From Clostridia bacterium (GTDB taxonomy: Bacteria > Bacillota > Clostridia > Christensenellales > CAG-138), in contig JAFYJD010000025.1 of assembly GCA_017538255.1 (NCBI GenBank), positions 25,306 to 89,305 on the forward strand: 64,000 bases of DNA. The letters run 5' to 3'. Below the pieces are notes generated by a model, which was not told where the DNA came from, ran no database searches, and saw only the letters and a list, made by a program, of their open reading frames with translations. The position numbers and the translations under genes were made by a program. Below, in pieces: positions 29,245 to 39,639 of the stretch (its first letter is position 1; the number at the start of each line of letters is the position of its first letter).

Positions 29245-30606
29245 TCAATTCCTTGACAGCAGAACGACCGTCTCCACGTGCCCTGTCTGCGGAAACATAT
29301 CGAACGGTTTAACGCATTCTATCATATAGCCCCCTTCGTTTGCAAGTATCTTACAATCCCTTGCGAGTGTTGCGGGGTTACAAGAAACATACACTATGCG
29401 CGAAACACCGCTATGGATTATCGCATCGAGCGCAGAACGCTGCACGCCCTGCCGAGGCGGGTCGATGAGCAGTTTTGATATTCGTCTGCCGCTTGAAACG
29501 AGTTTTGGCAAAACCTCCTCCGCTCCGCCGCATAGGAACTCGGCGTTGTTTACGCCGTTTGAGACTGCGTTATTGATCGCATCGTCTACCGCACTTTGAA
29601 CATACTCGATGCCGATGACGCTTTTTGCGTGCTTAGCGATAAGCAGCGACAGCGTGCCTATGCCGCAATACAAATCCGCGACGTCATCGGCGGCGTTTAA
29701 GTCAAGCAGGTCAACTGCGGTTTTATAGAGTTTTTCGGTCTGACTGTGATTAACCTGCAAAAAACTTTGCGCGCTCACCTCAAAATCCGATCCCAACAGC
29801 CGCTCCCTAACCGTCTTTTTGCCATACAGCACTATATCCCTCCTGCCGAGTATGCCGCTGTGCCGCGATCTTGAAACGTTATTGACAACGCTTCTAAGCG
29901 TATTTATATTTTTCCCAAGCCGCTCGATAAGCGCATCAGTTCCTTTGAGCGGAACTGACGAAACGATCACGATCATTGTTTCATCAGGCGATGTAGTGCG
30001 AACGATCAGGTTTTTGAGCACTCCTCTGCCGCTTGATTCGTCATAGGCTGAAAGGCGCGCATCCCGCGCCCAGTCAAGCACAATTTTAAGCGCGCAAAAT
30101 GCGCGTTCATCCTGAAGCAAGCAGTCTTCCGCCGCGACAATACTGTGGGAGTTTCGCTCATAGCAGCCGCAGACAAGTACGCCCTTATGCATACCGAAAC
30201 CGAATACCGCTTTGTTGCGGTAGCGAAACTCACTTTCGGCGGGCGCGCAGGGCTCCGTCGTTACGCCCCTAAAACCGCCGATGCGTTCGAGCGCGTCCTG
30301 AACGCGGGAGCGTTTGAGTTCGAGTTGGCTTTTGTAATCGATATGTTGGATATCGCATCCGCCGCATTTGGAAAAAACGGGACAGACCGGGTCTCGCCGC
30401 ACGGGTGAAGATTTGATAACGCGATCAAGCCTTGCTACGGCATAGTTGGGGGCCGTTTTTTCGACCTTGGCGAGCACGGTCTCGCCCGCAATCGCGCCGT
30501 GAATAAAGACAGCGATCCCGTCCGCGCGACCAACGCCCTGCCCCTCCGAGCCGTATGAATCGATCGTAAGTTCGATCTGTTTGTTTACATAAAGCGAATG
30601 CTGCAT
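29245..30606 (-). CDS. rlmD: 23S rRNA (uracil-1939-C5)-methyltransferase
   Basis: TRAM domain, CPVFSKCGGC, SFLQVN, DLYCGIGT, DPPRQG, YVSCNPATLARD, DMFPQTGHVETV. Confidence 0.96.
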   Translation of the reverse strand: MQHSLYVNKQIELTIDSYGSEGQGVGRADGIAVFIHGAIAGETVLAKVEKTAPNYAVARLDRVIKSSPVRRDPVCPVFSKCGGCDIQHIDYKSQLELKRSRVQDALERIGGFRGVTTEPCAPAESEFRYRNKAVFGFGMHKGVLVCGCYERNSHSIVAAEDCLLQDERAFCALKIVLDWARDARLSAYDESSGRGVLKNLIVRTTSPDETMIVIVSSVPLKGTDALIERLGKNINTLRSVVNNVSRSRHSGILGRRDIVLYGKKTVRERLLGSDFEVSAQSFLQVNHSQTEKLYKTAVDLLDLNAADDVADLYCGIGTLSLLIAKHAKSVIGIEYVQSAVDDAINNAVSNGVNNAEFLCGGAEEVLPKLVSSGRRISKLLIDPPRQGVQRSALDAIIHSGVSRIVYVSCNPATLARDCKILANEGGYMIECVKPFDMFPQTGHVETVVLLSRN

Positions 30607-30607
30607 A

Positions 30608-33600
30608 TCATTTTTTCGGCGGGATCACCTTAACGTTTGCTTCGCCGAGCAGGCCGACAAGCGTTGCCAGCATCTCGTCATTGAGATTTACGCAGAGCGT
30701 CTTGGGCGCGAGCTGCTTTCTGCCCGTTACGGCATTTGCAAAGATAACATCGCTGTTTCCCGGATAGCGGCGAAGGAGCTCTATGACCTTGTTTTGCAGG
30801 CCGTCGGTTTCCGCTGTAAAGTTGAGCGCAAGTCGCATCACACCGCCCTTTTGCAGCGGCTCAACCTCCTCAACAATAACAGTGTTCTTCCTGTCCTCAC
30901 GGAGCGAAAGCCTGCCGGAGATTATCACGCGCATATCCTTGACGAGCAGCGAGGCAAACTTTTGATAGACCTTCGGGAATGCGAGGAACTCAACTTCACC
31001 GAGAAGATCCTCTATCATACCCGACGCCATAATTCCCGAACCCGACTGCACCGCGCGTTTGTTGACCGATGAGATCAGGCCGCCTACACGCACGCTTGCG
31101 CCGTCCCAGATGTGGCTTTGCTCGTCCGCCTCGCTAAGGTCAAGACAGTTAAAGCCGAGTTTTGAAAGCTGCTCCTCGTAGCCCATAAGCGGATGACCGC
31201 TGACATAGACGCCAAGTTTGTCCTTTTCTGTCGCAAGGAGTTCCTCCGGCGGGAACTCAACAAGCGCCTCCGGGTCAAGTTTTTTTACTTCCGTATCCTC
31301 CGGTTTTGAGAACGCCGCATCAAACAGCGAAAGCTGACCCGATTCGATGCGTTTTCTGTCCGCACCGGCGGCGGCAAGTTCCTGCTCGTAATGCCCCATA
31401 AGATATTTGCGCGACGCACCGAAACTGTCGAAGCATCCGCCGAGGATCATACCTTCCACAAGACGTTTATTGAGGCCGGGACAACGCTTTACAAAGTCCG
31501 AGAAGTCCTTAAAATTGCCGTTCTCCTGCCGCTCAAGAAGCATTTCCTTCACAACGCCTTCACCGACGTTCTTTATAGCGGCGATACCGAATCGGATAGC
31601 GCCGTTTTCGACGGTGAACCGTGGCTCGCTCTTGTTGATATCCGGCGGCAAAAGTTGTATGCCGCGCCGTTTACAATAGTAGATATAACCCGCGATCTTG
31701 TCTGTTTCGTTGATAAAACTGTTGATGAGCGCTGTCATAAACTCAACTGGATACAGGCATTTCAACAGCGCGGTACGATACGCCACGACAGCATAGCAGG
31801 CCGCGTGCGCCTTGTTGAATGCATATGATGCAAAATCCATCATCTCGTCGAATATCTTTTCCGCAACAGGCTCAGGCACTCCTCTGCGCAGAGCGCCGTC
31901 AACGACTATCTTTCCGTCTTCCTCTATGCCGTAGATGAAGTTCTTGCGCTCCTCGGCCATAACATCGTGCTTTTTCTTACTCATTGCGCGGCGCACAAGG
32001 TCGCTTCTTCCGAGCGAATAACCCGCGACGCTTCGCACGATCTGCATAACCTGTTCCTGATAGACCATACAGCCGTAGGTCGTCGATAGGATCGGGCGCA
32101 GCAGTTCGGTCTCGTAATGTACGCTTGAAGCGTTCTGTTTGCCCTCTATATAGCGCGGGATCTGATCCATCGGGCCGGGGCGGAACAAAGAGATGCCCGC
32201 GATGATATCCTCGAAGCAGGAGGGCTTCATCTGCATCATAAAGTTTGTCATACCCGGCGATTCAAGTTGAAAAACGCCGACAGTTTCGCCGCTTGAGATC
32301 AAGTCATAAACACGCTTATCATCGTAATCGCAGTTTGAAAAATCCGGCGGAGTTTCGCCCTTATTTCGAACATAATCAAGGCAGTCGCGGATGACTGTGA
32401 GCGTTCTCAGGCCCAAAAAGTCCATTTTGAGCATCCCGAGTTCCTCGAGTTCCGTCATCGTGAACTGGGTGGTTATTGCTTCATCGTTGCGCTGAAGAGG
32501 AACAAGTTCCATAGTCGGAAGTGATGAGATCACAACGCCTGCCGCATGGGTGGAAGTGTTGCGCGGCAGCCCCTCTACCTTCTCGGACAGGTCGATGAGT
32601 TTACGCACCTTATCGTCGCTGCTGTACAGATCGGCAAGTTCGGGTATCGTTTCTACCGCTTTTTCGATCGTCATCTTGGCCTGCGGGTTATTGGGGATGA
32701 GTTTTGCGATCCTGTCAACATCCTGATACGGAACACGCAGCACCCTTCCTACATCCCGCACGGCGGCACGCGCCGCCATAGTGCCGAATGTTACTATCTG
32801 CGCGACGTGATCGCTGCCGTATTTTTCTTTAACATAGTCTATGACCTCCTGCCTGCGCTCATAGCAGAAGTCAACATCAAAGTCCGGCATGCTGACCCTT
32901 TCGGGGTTCAGAAAACGCTCGAACAGAAGATTGTATTTTATCGGATCGACATCGGTTATCCCGATCGCATAGGCAACTATCGACGCGGCGCCGCTGCCTC
33001 GGCCCGGTCCGACCTCTATGCCGTGGCTTTTTGCGAAGTGGATGAAATCCCATACTATGAGATAATAATCCACAAAGCCCATATTTGTGATGACGCCGAG
33101 TTCAAACTCAAGCCTTTCCGTCTGTTCTTTATTGGGCGCGCCGTAACGCTTTTGCATACCTTCCGCGCAGAGTTTTCTGAGGTAGGTCTCGTTATCCAGC
33201 CCGTCCGGTGCTATGAACTCCGGCAGATGACGCTTGCCAAATTCGATCTTAAGATCGCATTTGGCTGCGACTTCGGAGGTATTATGGACCGCGTCCTCAT
33301 ACCCGTGCATACGGGCGAGCATCTCCTCTTCTGATTTTAGATAGAACTCGTCCGCTTCCATTCGCATTCGGTTGGTATCATCTATGAACTTGCCCGTCTG
33401 AACACACAAAAGCGCGTCCTGCGCCTCGGCGTCCGACTTCAGCACATAGTGCACATCGTTGGTTGCAACGGTCTTTATGCCGAGTTCCTTTGCGAGTTCA
33501 TTTAGTCTCGGAAGCACCACGAGTTGTTCGGGGATGCCGTGGTTTTGCAGTTCGATATAAAAATCATCGCCGAAGATGCTTTTAAGACGCAGAGCGAGGC

Positions 33601-34060
33601 TTCGCGCTTCCTCCGTTCTGTTCATAAGAAGTGCGCTCGGTATGCCCCCTGCAAGGCAGGCCGAAAGGCAGATCAGCCCTTCGTGATACCTTTCAATAAG
33701 GCTGTAATCAACGCGAGGCTTATAATAGAAGCCGTCAACATACGCGATGCTTGATAGTTTTATCAGGTTTTTATATCCTGTTTCGTTTTTACAGATGAGT
33801 ATGAGATGCGCACTGTCCCTCCCTGTCGACTTGTCGTCGATCGTTTTCGGCGCGACATATGCTTCCATACCGATAAGTGGTTTAACGCCTTCTTTTGTGC
33901 ATTTTTTGTAGAACTCGATAACGCCGAACATACAACCGTGATCCGTTATTGCGAGCGAATCCATACCGAGGTTCTTTGCTCTTTCGACGAGTTCCCCTAT
34001 ACGTGCCGCTCCGTCCAATAAACTGTACTCTGTGTGAACGTGTAAATGTGTAAACGTCAT
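30608..34060 (-). CDS. dnaE: DNA polymerase III alpha subunit
   Basis: FTHLHVHTEYSLLDGA PHP domain, GPGRGS, RVSMPDFDVDF, KMDFLGLRTL, YAFNKAHA. Confidence 0.98.
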   Translation of the reverse strand: MTFTHLHVHTEYSLLDGAARIGELVERAKNLGMDSLAITDHGCMFGVIEFYKKCTKEGVKPLIGMEAYVAPKTIDDKSTGRDSAHLILICKNETGYKNLIKLSSIAYVDGFYYKPRVDYSLIERYHEGLICLSACLAGGIPSALLMNRTEEARSLALRLKSIFGDDFYIELQNHGIPEQLVVLPRLNELAKELGIKTVATNDVHYVLKSDAEAQDALLCVQTGKFIDDTNRMRMEADEFYLKSEEEMLARMHGYEDAVHNTSEVAAKCDLKIEFGKRHLPEFIAPDGLDNETYLRKLCAEGMQKRYGAPNKEQTERLEFELGVITNMGFVDYYLIVWDFIHFAKSHGIEVGPGRGSGAASIVAYAIGITDVDPIKYNLLFERFLNPERVSMPDFDVDFCYERRQEVIDYVKEKYGSDHVAQIVTFGTMAARAAVRDVGRVLRVPYQDVDRIAKLIPNNPQAKMTIEKAVETIPELADLYSSDDKVRKLIDLSEKVEGLPRNTSTHAAGVVISSLPTMELVPLQRNDEAITTQFTMTELEELGMLKMDFLGLRTLTVIRDCLDYVRNKGETPPDFSNCDYDDKRVYDLISSGETVGVFQLESPGMTNFMMQMKPSCFEDIIAGISLFRPGPMDQIPRYIEGKQNASSVHYETELLRPILSTTYGCMVYQEQVMQIVRSVAGYSLGRSDLVRRAMSKKKHDVMAEERKNFIYGIEEDGKIVVDGALRRGVPEPVAEKIFDEMMDFASYAFNKAHAACYAVVAYRTALLKCLYPVEFMTALINSFINETDKIAGYIYYCKRRGIQLLPPDINKSEPRFTVENGAIRFGIAAIKNVGEGVVKEMLLERQENGNFKDFSDFVKRCPGLNKRLVEGMILGGCFDSFGASRKYLMGHYEQELAAAGADRKRIESGQLSLFDAAFSKPEDTEVKKLDPEALVEFPPEELLATEKDKLGVYVSGHPLMGYEEQLSKLGFNCLDLSEADEQSHIWDGASVRVGGLISSVNKRAVQSGSGIMASGMIEDLLGEVEFLAFPKVYQKFASLLVKDMRVIISGRLSLREDRKNTVIVEEVEPLQKGGVMRLALNFTAETDGLQNKVIELLRRYPGNSDVIFANAVTGRKQLAPKTLCVNLNDEMLATLVGLLGEANVKVIPPKK

Positions 34061-34135
34061 AGTCTGTCTCCCAATAATACGATCGATAAATACATATTTA
34101 AATTTAACTTTCTAAAACAGGTCGGATATCAGTAT

Positions 34136-35125
34136 TCAGTTGATCTCTTCTCCGTTTCTGATTCGTTTCGCTAAATTTGATAGTTTTTTCAGTCGGTAAT
34201 TGACTGCCGACCTTCCTATCCCAAGCTCGTCCGCAAGATCCGAAAGCGTCATTTCGAGATTTTGCGCGCGTTTTTCGGCAACCGCGCGCAGTTCATTCGA
34301 GAGTTCGTTTTTGGCAAACGTTTTAAGAACGAGCTCTATATCCTCGATCTGTTTCTGCGCAGCATCCATCGAGCGGACGATGTTGGCGTTTATGCAGTTT
34401 ACGTCCCTGTTCGCCTTGTTTATCGCTTGCTTTACGATGCGTTCGTTGCTGACGCGCATCATAGCCTCCGATGCGCCGATATAGGCGAGCAGATCCTCGA
34501 GTTTTTCGCCCTCTTTGATGTATATAACTGTGCTGCTTTTGCGTTTTGAGCGTTTAGGCTCGATGCCATGTGCGGATAATATTTCATTAAGGGTTTTTGC
34601 GATATCTTCATTTGATAGCACGAACTCGAGATGATACGCTTTTTCCGGTTGTGTCGCCATACCGCAGGCAAGAAACAATCCCCTAACAAACATTTTTGAT
34701 TGTGTTTCGGTCTTCAAGACATCCTGTGGAACGGCAGAAAGAAAGGAGCGCTCGCCGTTTGAGTCATGCGTCATAAGTCCTGTTTTGAGCATAAACTCAT
34801 TCGTTCCTTCGCCAAACGCCAAAAGTTCGTAATACTGTGCATTGAGCCTTTCGTGCTTGACTTCCGAAATACGGCACTCAAGACCGAAATGGTTTGATAT
34901 GAGTTTGGAAGCAAGGTCTATCGCCTCTTTGCTTTTCAACGAATAATGCACGCCCCAACTCGCGCTTTGCTTTACAAAACGCAGCGATCCGATCGCAAGC
35001 GTGAACGCACTCAAAAGCGACAGCGCGTCCGAATAACGCCTGACCTTTAGCCCTGCGAGTTCTGATTTTATCGACGATGAAAACGAGCCTTCCGCCGTAT
35101 GCTTTTTTACTGAACTTTGGCCCAA
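34136..35125 (-). CDS. whiA: DNA-binding protein WhiA
   Basis: SFSSSIKSEL, FVRGLFLACG..PEKAYHLEF, NRDVNCINAN, RSAVNYRLKKL. Confidence 0.92.
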   Translation of the reverse strand: MGQSSVKKHTAEGSFSSSIKSELAGLKVRRYSDALSLLSAFTLAIGSLRFVKQSASWGVHYSLKSKEAIDLASKLISNHFGLECRISEVKHERLNAQYYELLAFGEGTNEFMLKTGLMTHDSNGERSFLSAVPQDVLKTETQSKMFVRGLFLACGMATQPEKAYHLEFVLSNEDIAKTLNEILSAHGIEPKRSKRKSSTVIYIKEGEKLEDLLAYIGASEAMMRVSNERIVKQAINKANRDVNCINANIVRSMDAAQKQIEDIELVLKTFAKNELSNELRAVAEKRAQNLEMTLSDLADELGIGRSAVNYRLKKLSNLAKRIRNGEEIN

Positions 35126-36037
35126 TCAAAACTCCTTTCTTTCAAGTTTGGGGGCTTTGTATATCTTTACAAATCTGTCCCTGATATCCGCCGCTTCGGA
35201 AACAAGATCGCGATGCTCCACCTTTACGCTGAAATCGTTCGCAAGCCTTGCATAAAGCGCCTCTGCCATTGCGACGGAGCGGTGGCGTCCGCCCGTGCAG
35301 CCAAACGCGACCATAATCCTGCGCTTGCCCTGCTGTCTGAATGACGGCAAAACGCCGCGCAGCATATCTTCGATGCCGTCGAGCTGCTTAACAACAGCGG
35401 GGTCAGAGAACACGAAAGATTTTACTTCTTTGTCCCTTCCCGATTTGTAGCGGAGTTCGGGCACATAGAACGGGTTTTCCGTGTAGCGCATATCAAACAC
35501 GAAATCGGCATTCCCCGGGATGCCTCGCTTGAAGCCAAAACTCGCGATTATGACGCTCAAAGGTATCAACTCGCCGTTTGTCAAAGTAGACTCTACGGTC
35601 TTTGCGAGTTCGTCGTTTCGCATATGGGTCGTGTCGATGATATAGGTTGACTTTTCCTTCATCGGTTCGAGCATTTCGCGCTCCATACTTATGCCGATGC
35701 CTACGTCGTCGTGCATTGGATGCAGTCTGCGCGTTTCGCTGTAGCGACGTTGAAGCACCGAATCGTCGCATTCAAGGAAGAGTATATCGAACTCATACGG
35801 GAGGTTTTGAAGTTCCATATATGCCTTCTTCGGATCGTAGCCGAATCTTGATTCGCGGCTGTCTATAACTATAGCAACACGATCGATCTTATTCTCACTC
35901 TTTTGGCAAAGTTCTATATACTCGCTCACAAGTTGGCAGGGCATATTGTCCGCACAAACAAAGCCCATATCCTCAAGTACATTGAGTGCCTGCGATTTAC
36001 CCGCGCCCGATAGACCGGTTACGATCAGTATGTACAT
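35126..36037 (-). CDS. rapZ: RNase adapter RapZ/YvcJ
   Basis: TGLSGAGKS, RRYSETRRLHP, SFGFKRGIP, GCTGGRHRSV. Confidence 0.95.
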   Translation of the reverse strand: MYILIVTGLSGAGKSQALNVLEDMGFVCADNMPCQLVSEYIELCQKSENKIDRVAIVIDSRESRFGYDPKKAYMELQNLPYEFDILFLECDDSVLQRRYSETRRLHPMHDDVGIGISMEREMLEPMKEKSTYIIDTTHMRNDELAKTVESTLTNGELIPLSVIIASFGFKRGIPGNADFVFDMRYTENPFYVPELRYKSGRDKEVKSFVFSDPAVVKQLDGIEDMLRGVLPSFRQQGKRRIMVAFGCTGGRHRSVAMAEALYARLANDFSVKVEHRDLVSEAADIRDRFVKIYKAPKLERKEF

Positions 36038-36053
36038 AACATTCTCCTCTGAC

Positions 36054-36992
36054 TTATCGGTAGATTATCTTGACCTCGGGCTCAAGAAGCACGCCCGTTT
36101 CGGTCTTTACGGTATCCGTTACATATTGTATAAGAGCCGTTACATCGGCAAATGTCGCACCACCGCAGTTGACGATAAAGCCTGCGTGTTTTGGGCTTAC
36201 CATCGCACCGCCTATGCGCGTGCCTTTAAGATCGCATTGTTCGATGAGCGCCCCTGCGTAGAGGCCCTCGACCACCGGACGTTTGAACGTGCTGCCCGCC
36301 GACGGCATTTCTATAGGCTGCTTCTGCCTGCGAAGCAATGTGTACTTTTCAACAAGCTCCACGGCTGTTCCGTCGTCGGGACGTAGTTCAAACTCTGCCG
36401 AGACCACGATGTTCTTCGGCCAAGCAAATGCCGAACGCCTATATCCGAGATCGTCATCGGCAACTTCCCTTTCGGAATAGATGCCGTCTTCGATGATGCC
36501 GACACGCCTTATCACCTGTTTGATCTCGCCCTGATACGCTCCGGCGTTCATAGCGACGCCGCCGCCGACGGTGCCCGGTATGCCGCTCGCCCATTCGAGC
36601 CCCGACAGGCCTGCGGCAACGCTTGCTTTGGCAACGGTGCATAATAGCGCGCCCCCATCCGCTCTTACGGTTGTTCCTTCAACGGAATAGTTTGACATCT
36701 TAGGGCCTATCTTGATAAACAGCGCCTTTGCCCCCTCGTCCGACACAAGCAGATTGCTGCCGTTTCCGATAACATAAACGGGATACTCGGCTTCTTTTGC
36801 CGCGTTGAGCAGGGCGATAAGTTCGTCAATGTTCGCCGGCTCGGCGAAATAGGCCATAGGTCCCCCTATGCGAAAACTCGTATAATTGCGCGCAGGCACG
36901 TTTTTCCTCGCGCCAAGTGAAAGTAATCTCTTTGAAAGGCAGTTGCAGGACTTCATCTCCGCAGATCTCCGTAGCATATAATTATTCAACAT
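36054..36992 (-). CDS. murB: UDP-N-acetylmuramate dehydrogenase (start uncertain)
   Basis: TSFRIGG, GNGSNLLV, GIPGTVGG..MNAGAY, PSAGSTFKRP, LEPEV. Confidence 0.95.
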   Translation of the reverse strand: MLNNYMLRRSAEMKSCNCLSKRLLSLGARKNVPARNYTSFRIGGPMAYFAEPANIDELIALLNAAKEAEYPVYVIGNGSNLLVSDEGAKALFIKIGPKMSNYSVEGTTVRADGGALLCTVAKASVAAGLSGLEWASGIPGTVGGGVAMNAGAYQGEIKQVIRRVGIIEDGIYSEREVADDDLGYRRSAFAWPKNIVVSAEFELRPDDGTAVELVEKYTLLRRQKQPIEMPSAGSTFKRPVVEGLYAGALIEQCDLKGTRIGGAMVSPKHAGFIVNCGGATFADVTALIQYVTDTVKTETGVLLEPEVKIIYR

Positions 36993-37058
36993 AATTCTAC
37001 CACGGTTTGGCTTCCGTGTAAACATTCTTTTGGGATAAAATCGAAGTTTGTCGTCAAC

Positions 37059-37955
37059 TCAGTTTTCGCCATTTTTCAGTTTCTCGTAGGCTTCTTTCAA
37101 AAAAGATTGCTCGTACTCGAGCGGGATATCGTTTCGCGCAGGCATAAGTCCGAGTTCTGTCAGTGCTTTCTGCGCTTTTATGTCAAGACAGAGTTCAATG
37201 AACTCTATCGCGTAGTCTATCTTTTCACTGTCGATATGTGCCGAAATGCCGATGTGCTGATTGAGCGGCGTTTCATAATATGGCGATAAAACATCAAAAT
37301 CATCAGCCTTGTTTGACAGCACGAGTCTGTACATATCCCCCGCTCCCCGCGCGTCGGTGATACAGCACGGGGCTTTGCCAGATTTGAACTCGTCAAGGCT
37401 CGGTGCGCTGTGCTCTTGCGCTGCGTGTTCAAGTTCCAAGTCCGAGATATCCGCCCGTCTGTAAAGCAGCAGTTCGCAACTCGAAGCAAGGTGTATACTT
37501 TGAACAGTACTTTCTCCGCCATTCACCGGAAGCGTTTCCCTCGGGATGAAGGCAAGCAGTTTTTCGTTTGCAACAGTACCTTCGGAGAAAGCGATGATAT
37601 CCGGAAACTCGCCGTTTGAGATGCGGCTATTCGCTTCTTCTTCCGATATTGATTCGATATCGAAATAAACACCATAGTGGTATTTCTCCGCCCTTGCACC
37701 AACGGTTTTCAGCCAAGCGCCAAGACTGCCGACATATGGCCTGAATCCTGCGATGTTCCAAACAGTTATGACGCCCTTGTACTTTTCCTGTTTTGGCTTC
37801 ATAAAATCAAGAGGCGAAGAATGTACGATTAGACCGCCGATATACTTCGGAAGCAGCACCATAACAAGCAATATGAGGGCCATCATAACAGCCGCAAATA
37901 GTTTTTTTACGAGCGCCATACTCAAATATATTTGTAATATGGCGCGGTTATTCAT
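37059..37955 (-). CDS. Membrane-anchored, degenerate extracellular solute-binding-like protein
   Basis: N-terminal TM segment, GVITVWNI, PDIIAFS, EFIELCLD..AQKAL. Confidence 0.6.
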   Translation of the reverse strand: MNNRAILQIYLSMALVKKLFAAVMMALILLVMVLLPKYIGGLIVHSSPLDFMKPKQEKYKGVITVWNIAGFRPYVGSLGAWLKTVGARAEKYHYGVYFDIESISEEEANSRISNGEFPDIIAFSEGTVANEKLLAFIPRETLPVNGGESTVQSIHLASSCELLLYRRADISDLELEHAAQEHSAPSLDEFKSGKAPCCITDARGAGDMYRLVLSNKADDFDVLSPYYETPLNQHIGISAHIDSEKIDYAIEFIELCLDIKAQKALTELGLMPARNDIPLEYEQSFLKEAYEKLKNGEN

Positions 37956-38021
37956 AAAAACGGCCGCGATAGATGCTCGCGGCTCGTCATTTATTCGATA
38001 TTCTGTTTATATTTCATTGTT

Positions 38022-39638
38022 TCATCGCTCAAAAACGCATTCGCCGCCGAGATATGTTTTTATAACCTTTATCAAGTGGATGTTCGACGCGGGAACATCG
38101 AACGGCGAAGCATCAAGAACAACGAAATCGGCCAGTTGTCCGTTTTTGATCCGACCCTTGATATTCTCATCAAAACTCGCGCGGGCGCCGCTGACAGTAA
38201 AACTGTCAAGCGCTTCGGCGACGGAAAACGCCTGCTCCGGCAGATACGGCCCCGTTCCGTCCAGCGAAGTGCGGGTGATCGCGCATTCGACGCCCTTTAA
38301 AACATCGGGCGGCTCGACCGGACAGTCCGATCCGTTGGAAATATAAAGACCGCCGTCGAGCAAAGTTTTCCAATTATAACTCGTATCGGCAAGTTCCTTT
38401 TCAACAAGTTTATTTACGATATGGTTGTCGTAGTCAAGGAAAACGGATTGAGCGTAGATATGAAGGCGCATATCAGTCATCCTTTGAAGTTGGTCGCGGC
38501 GCGTTATCTGGCAATGCACTATGCCGTGCCTGTGATCGATTCGCGGATTCCTGTTCAATGCCTCCTCAAATGCGTCCAGCACCGTGTCAAGGCAAGCGTC
38601 GCCTATCGCGTGAACTGCGATCTGCATACCCGCGCTGTGCGCTATATCGACCAGTTCAAAAAGCTTCGCCCTTTCCATAAGCGAAAAGCCCGTTCCCCCG
38701 CCGCCTATATACTGCACGGTCAAATGCGCAGTGCGGCTTCCGAGCGATCCGTCGCCTAGCAGTTTAAGCGGGCCGATCTTGAACATATCGCCTCCTCTGC
38801 CCGTGATGTTTCCTTCTGAGATAAAGGCTTCGAGTTCTTTCGGATCGGTGAAATTGCACTGTTCCGATACGCGAACCGTCAGTTCGCGTTCCATCTCGAG
38901 TTCACGATATGCGGCGTTTATCTCATCAAAAGGCACGGTTCTGAACACACAGTAATCATCCGTTTGCGCACTTGTTATACCGTAGGAATTGAGCGCGCGG
39001 CACGCTGTCTTTATCATACGCTTTAAGCCCTCTCTATCGGGCGGCGTTATGCTGTCGAGCACGAGATCCATAGCATTATCGTACAGTCTGCCGTCGGGCT
39101 CGCCGTTCGTTTTGCCGACAAAGCCGCCTTCCGGCGAAACTGTAGCCTTTGTTATTCCGGCTATTTCAAGCGCCTTTGAGTTGACCACGCAGCAATGCCC
39201 GCAAGCCCTTGTTATGATTATCGGCACCTCTTCAGAAACTTCGTCAAGATCCCGTCTGTTCGGCATTCTGTCCGTATCTGTAAAATAGTCCTGATTCCAG
39301 CCGCGCCCTTTGAGCCAGCCGCCGTTTGTTGGCGGATAGAGTTCGAGTTGGCGCTTCATACACACCAAGACTTCGTTCAGGCTTGAAGTATGCGCCATCA
39401 GCGGTGCTGACATCAACGCTTGAGCGTAGTTAACAAGATGCATATGCGAATCATTGAAGCCGGCGCAAACAAAGCGTCCGCAAAGATCGACTTTTTCGGT
39501 ATTTGGAAAATGTTCCAGCACTGCCGCGTTCGTTCCGACCGAGCAGAAACTTCCGTCCTCAACGGCGAACGCTTCCGCAAAACCGCCGTTTCCTGTATAG
39601 ACTTTTCCGTTATAATAGACCTTGGCATTTGAGTTCAT
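38022..39638 (-). CDS. Amidohydrolase 3 (YtcJ-like)
   Basis: GFNDSHMH, DGSLGSRTA, AVHAIGD, HGIVHCQ, GSDCPVE, G.IKNGQLADFVVL. Confidence 0.92.
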   Translation of the reverse strand: MNSNAKVYYNGKVYTGNGGFAEAFAVEDGSFCSVGTNAAVLEHFPNTEKVDLCGRFVCAGFNDSHMHLVNYAQALMSAPLMAHTSSLNEVLVCMKRQLELYPPTNGGWLKGRGWNQDYFTDTDRMPNRRDLDEVSEEVPIIITRACGHCCVVNSKALEIAGITKATVSPEGGFVGKTNGEPDGRLYDNAMDLVLDSITPPDREGLKRMIKTACRALNSYGITSAQTDDYCVFRTVPFDEINAAYRELEMERELTVRVSEQCNFTDPKELEAFISEGNITGRGGDMFKIGPLKLLGDGSLGSRTAHLTVQYIGGGGTGFSLMERAKLFELVDIAHSAGMQIAVHAIGDACLDTVLDAFEEALNRNPRIDHRHGIVHCQITRRDQLQRMTDMRLHIYAQSVFLDYDNHIVNKLVEKELADTSYNWKTLLDGGLYISNGSDCPVEPPDVLKGVECAITRTSLDGTGPYLPEQAFSVAEALDSFTVSGARASFDENIKGRIKNGQLADFVVLDASPFDVPASNIHLIKVIKTYLGGECVFER

Positions 39639-39639
39639 A

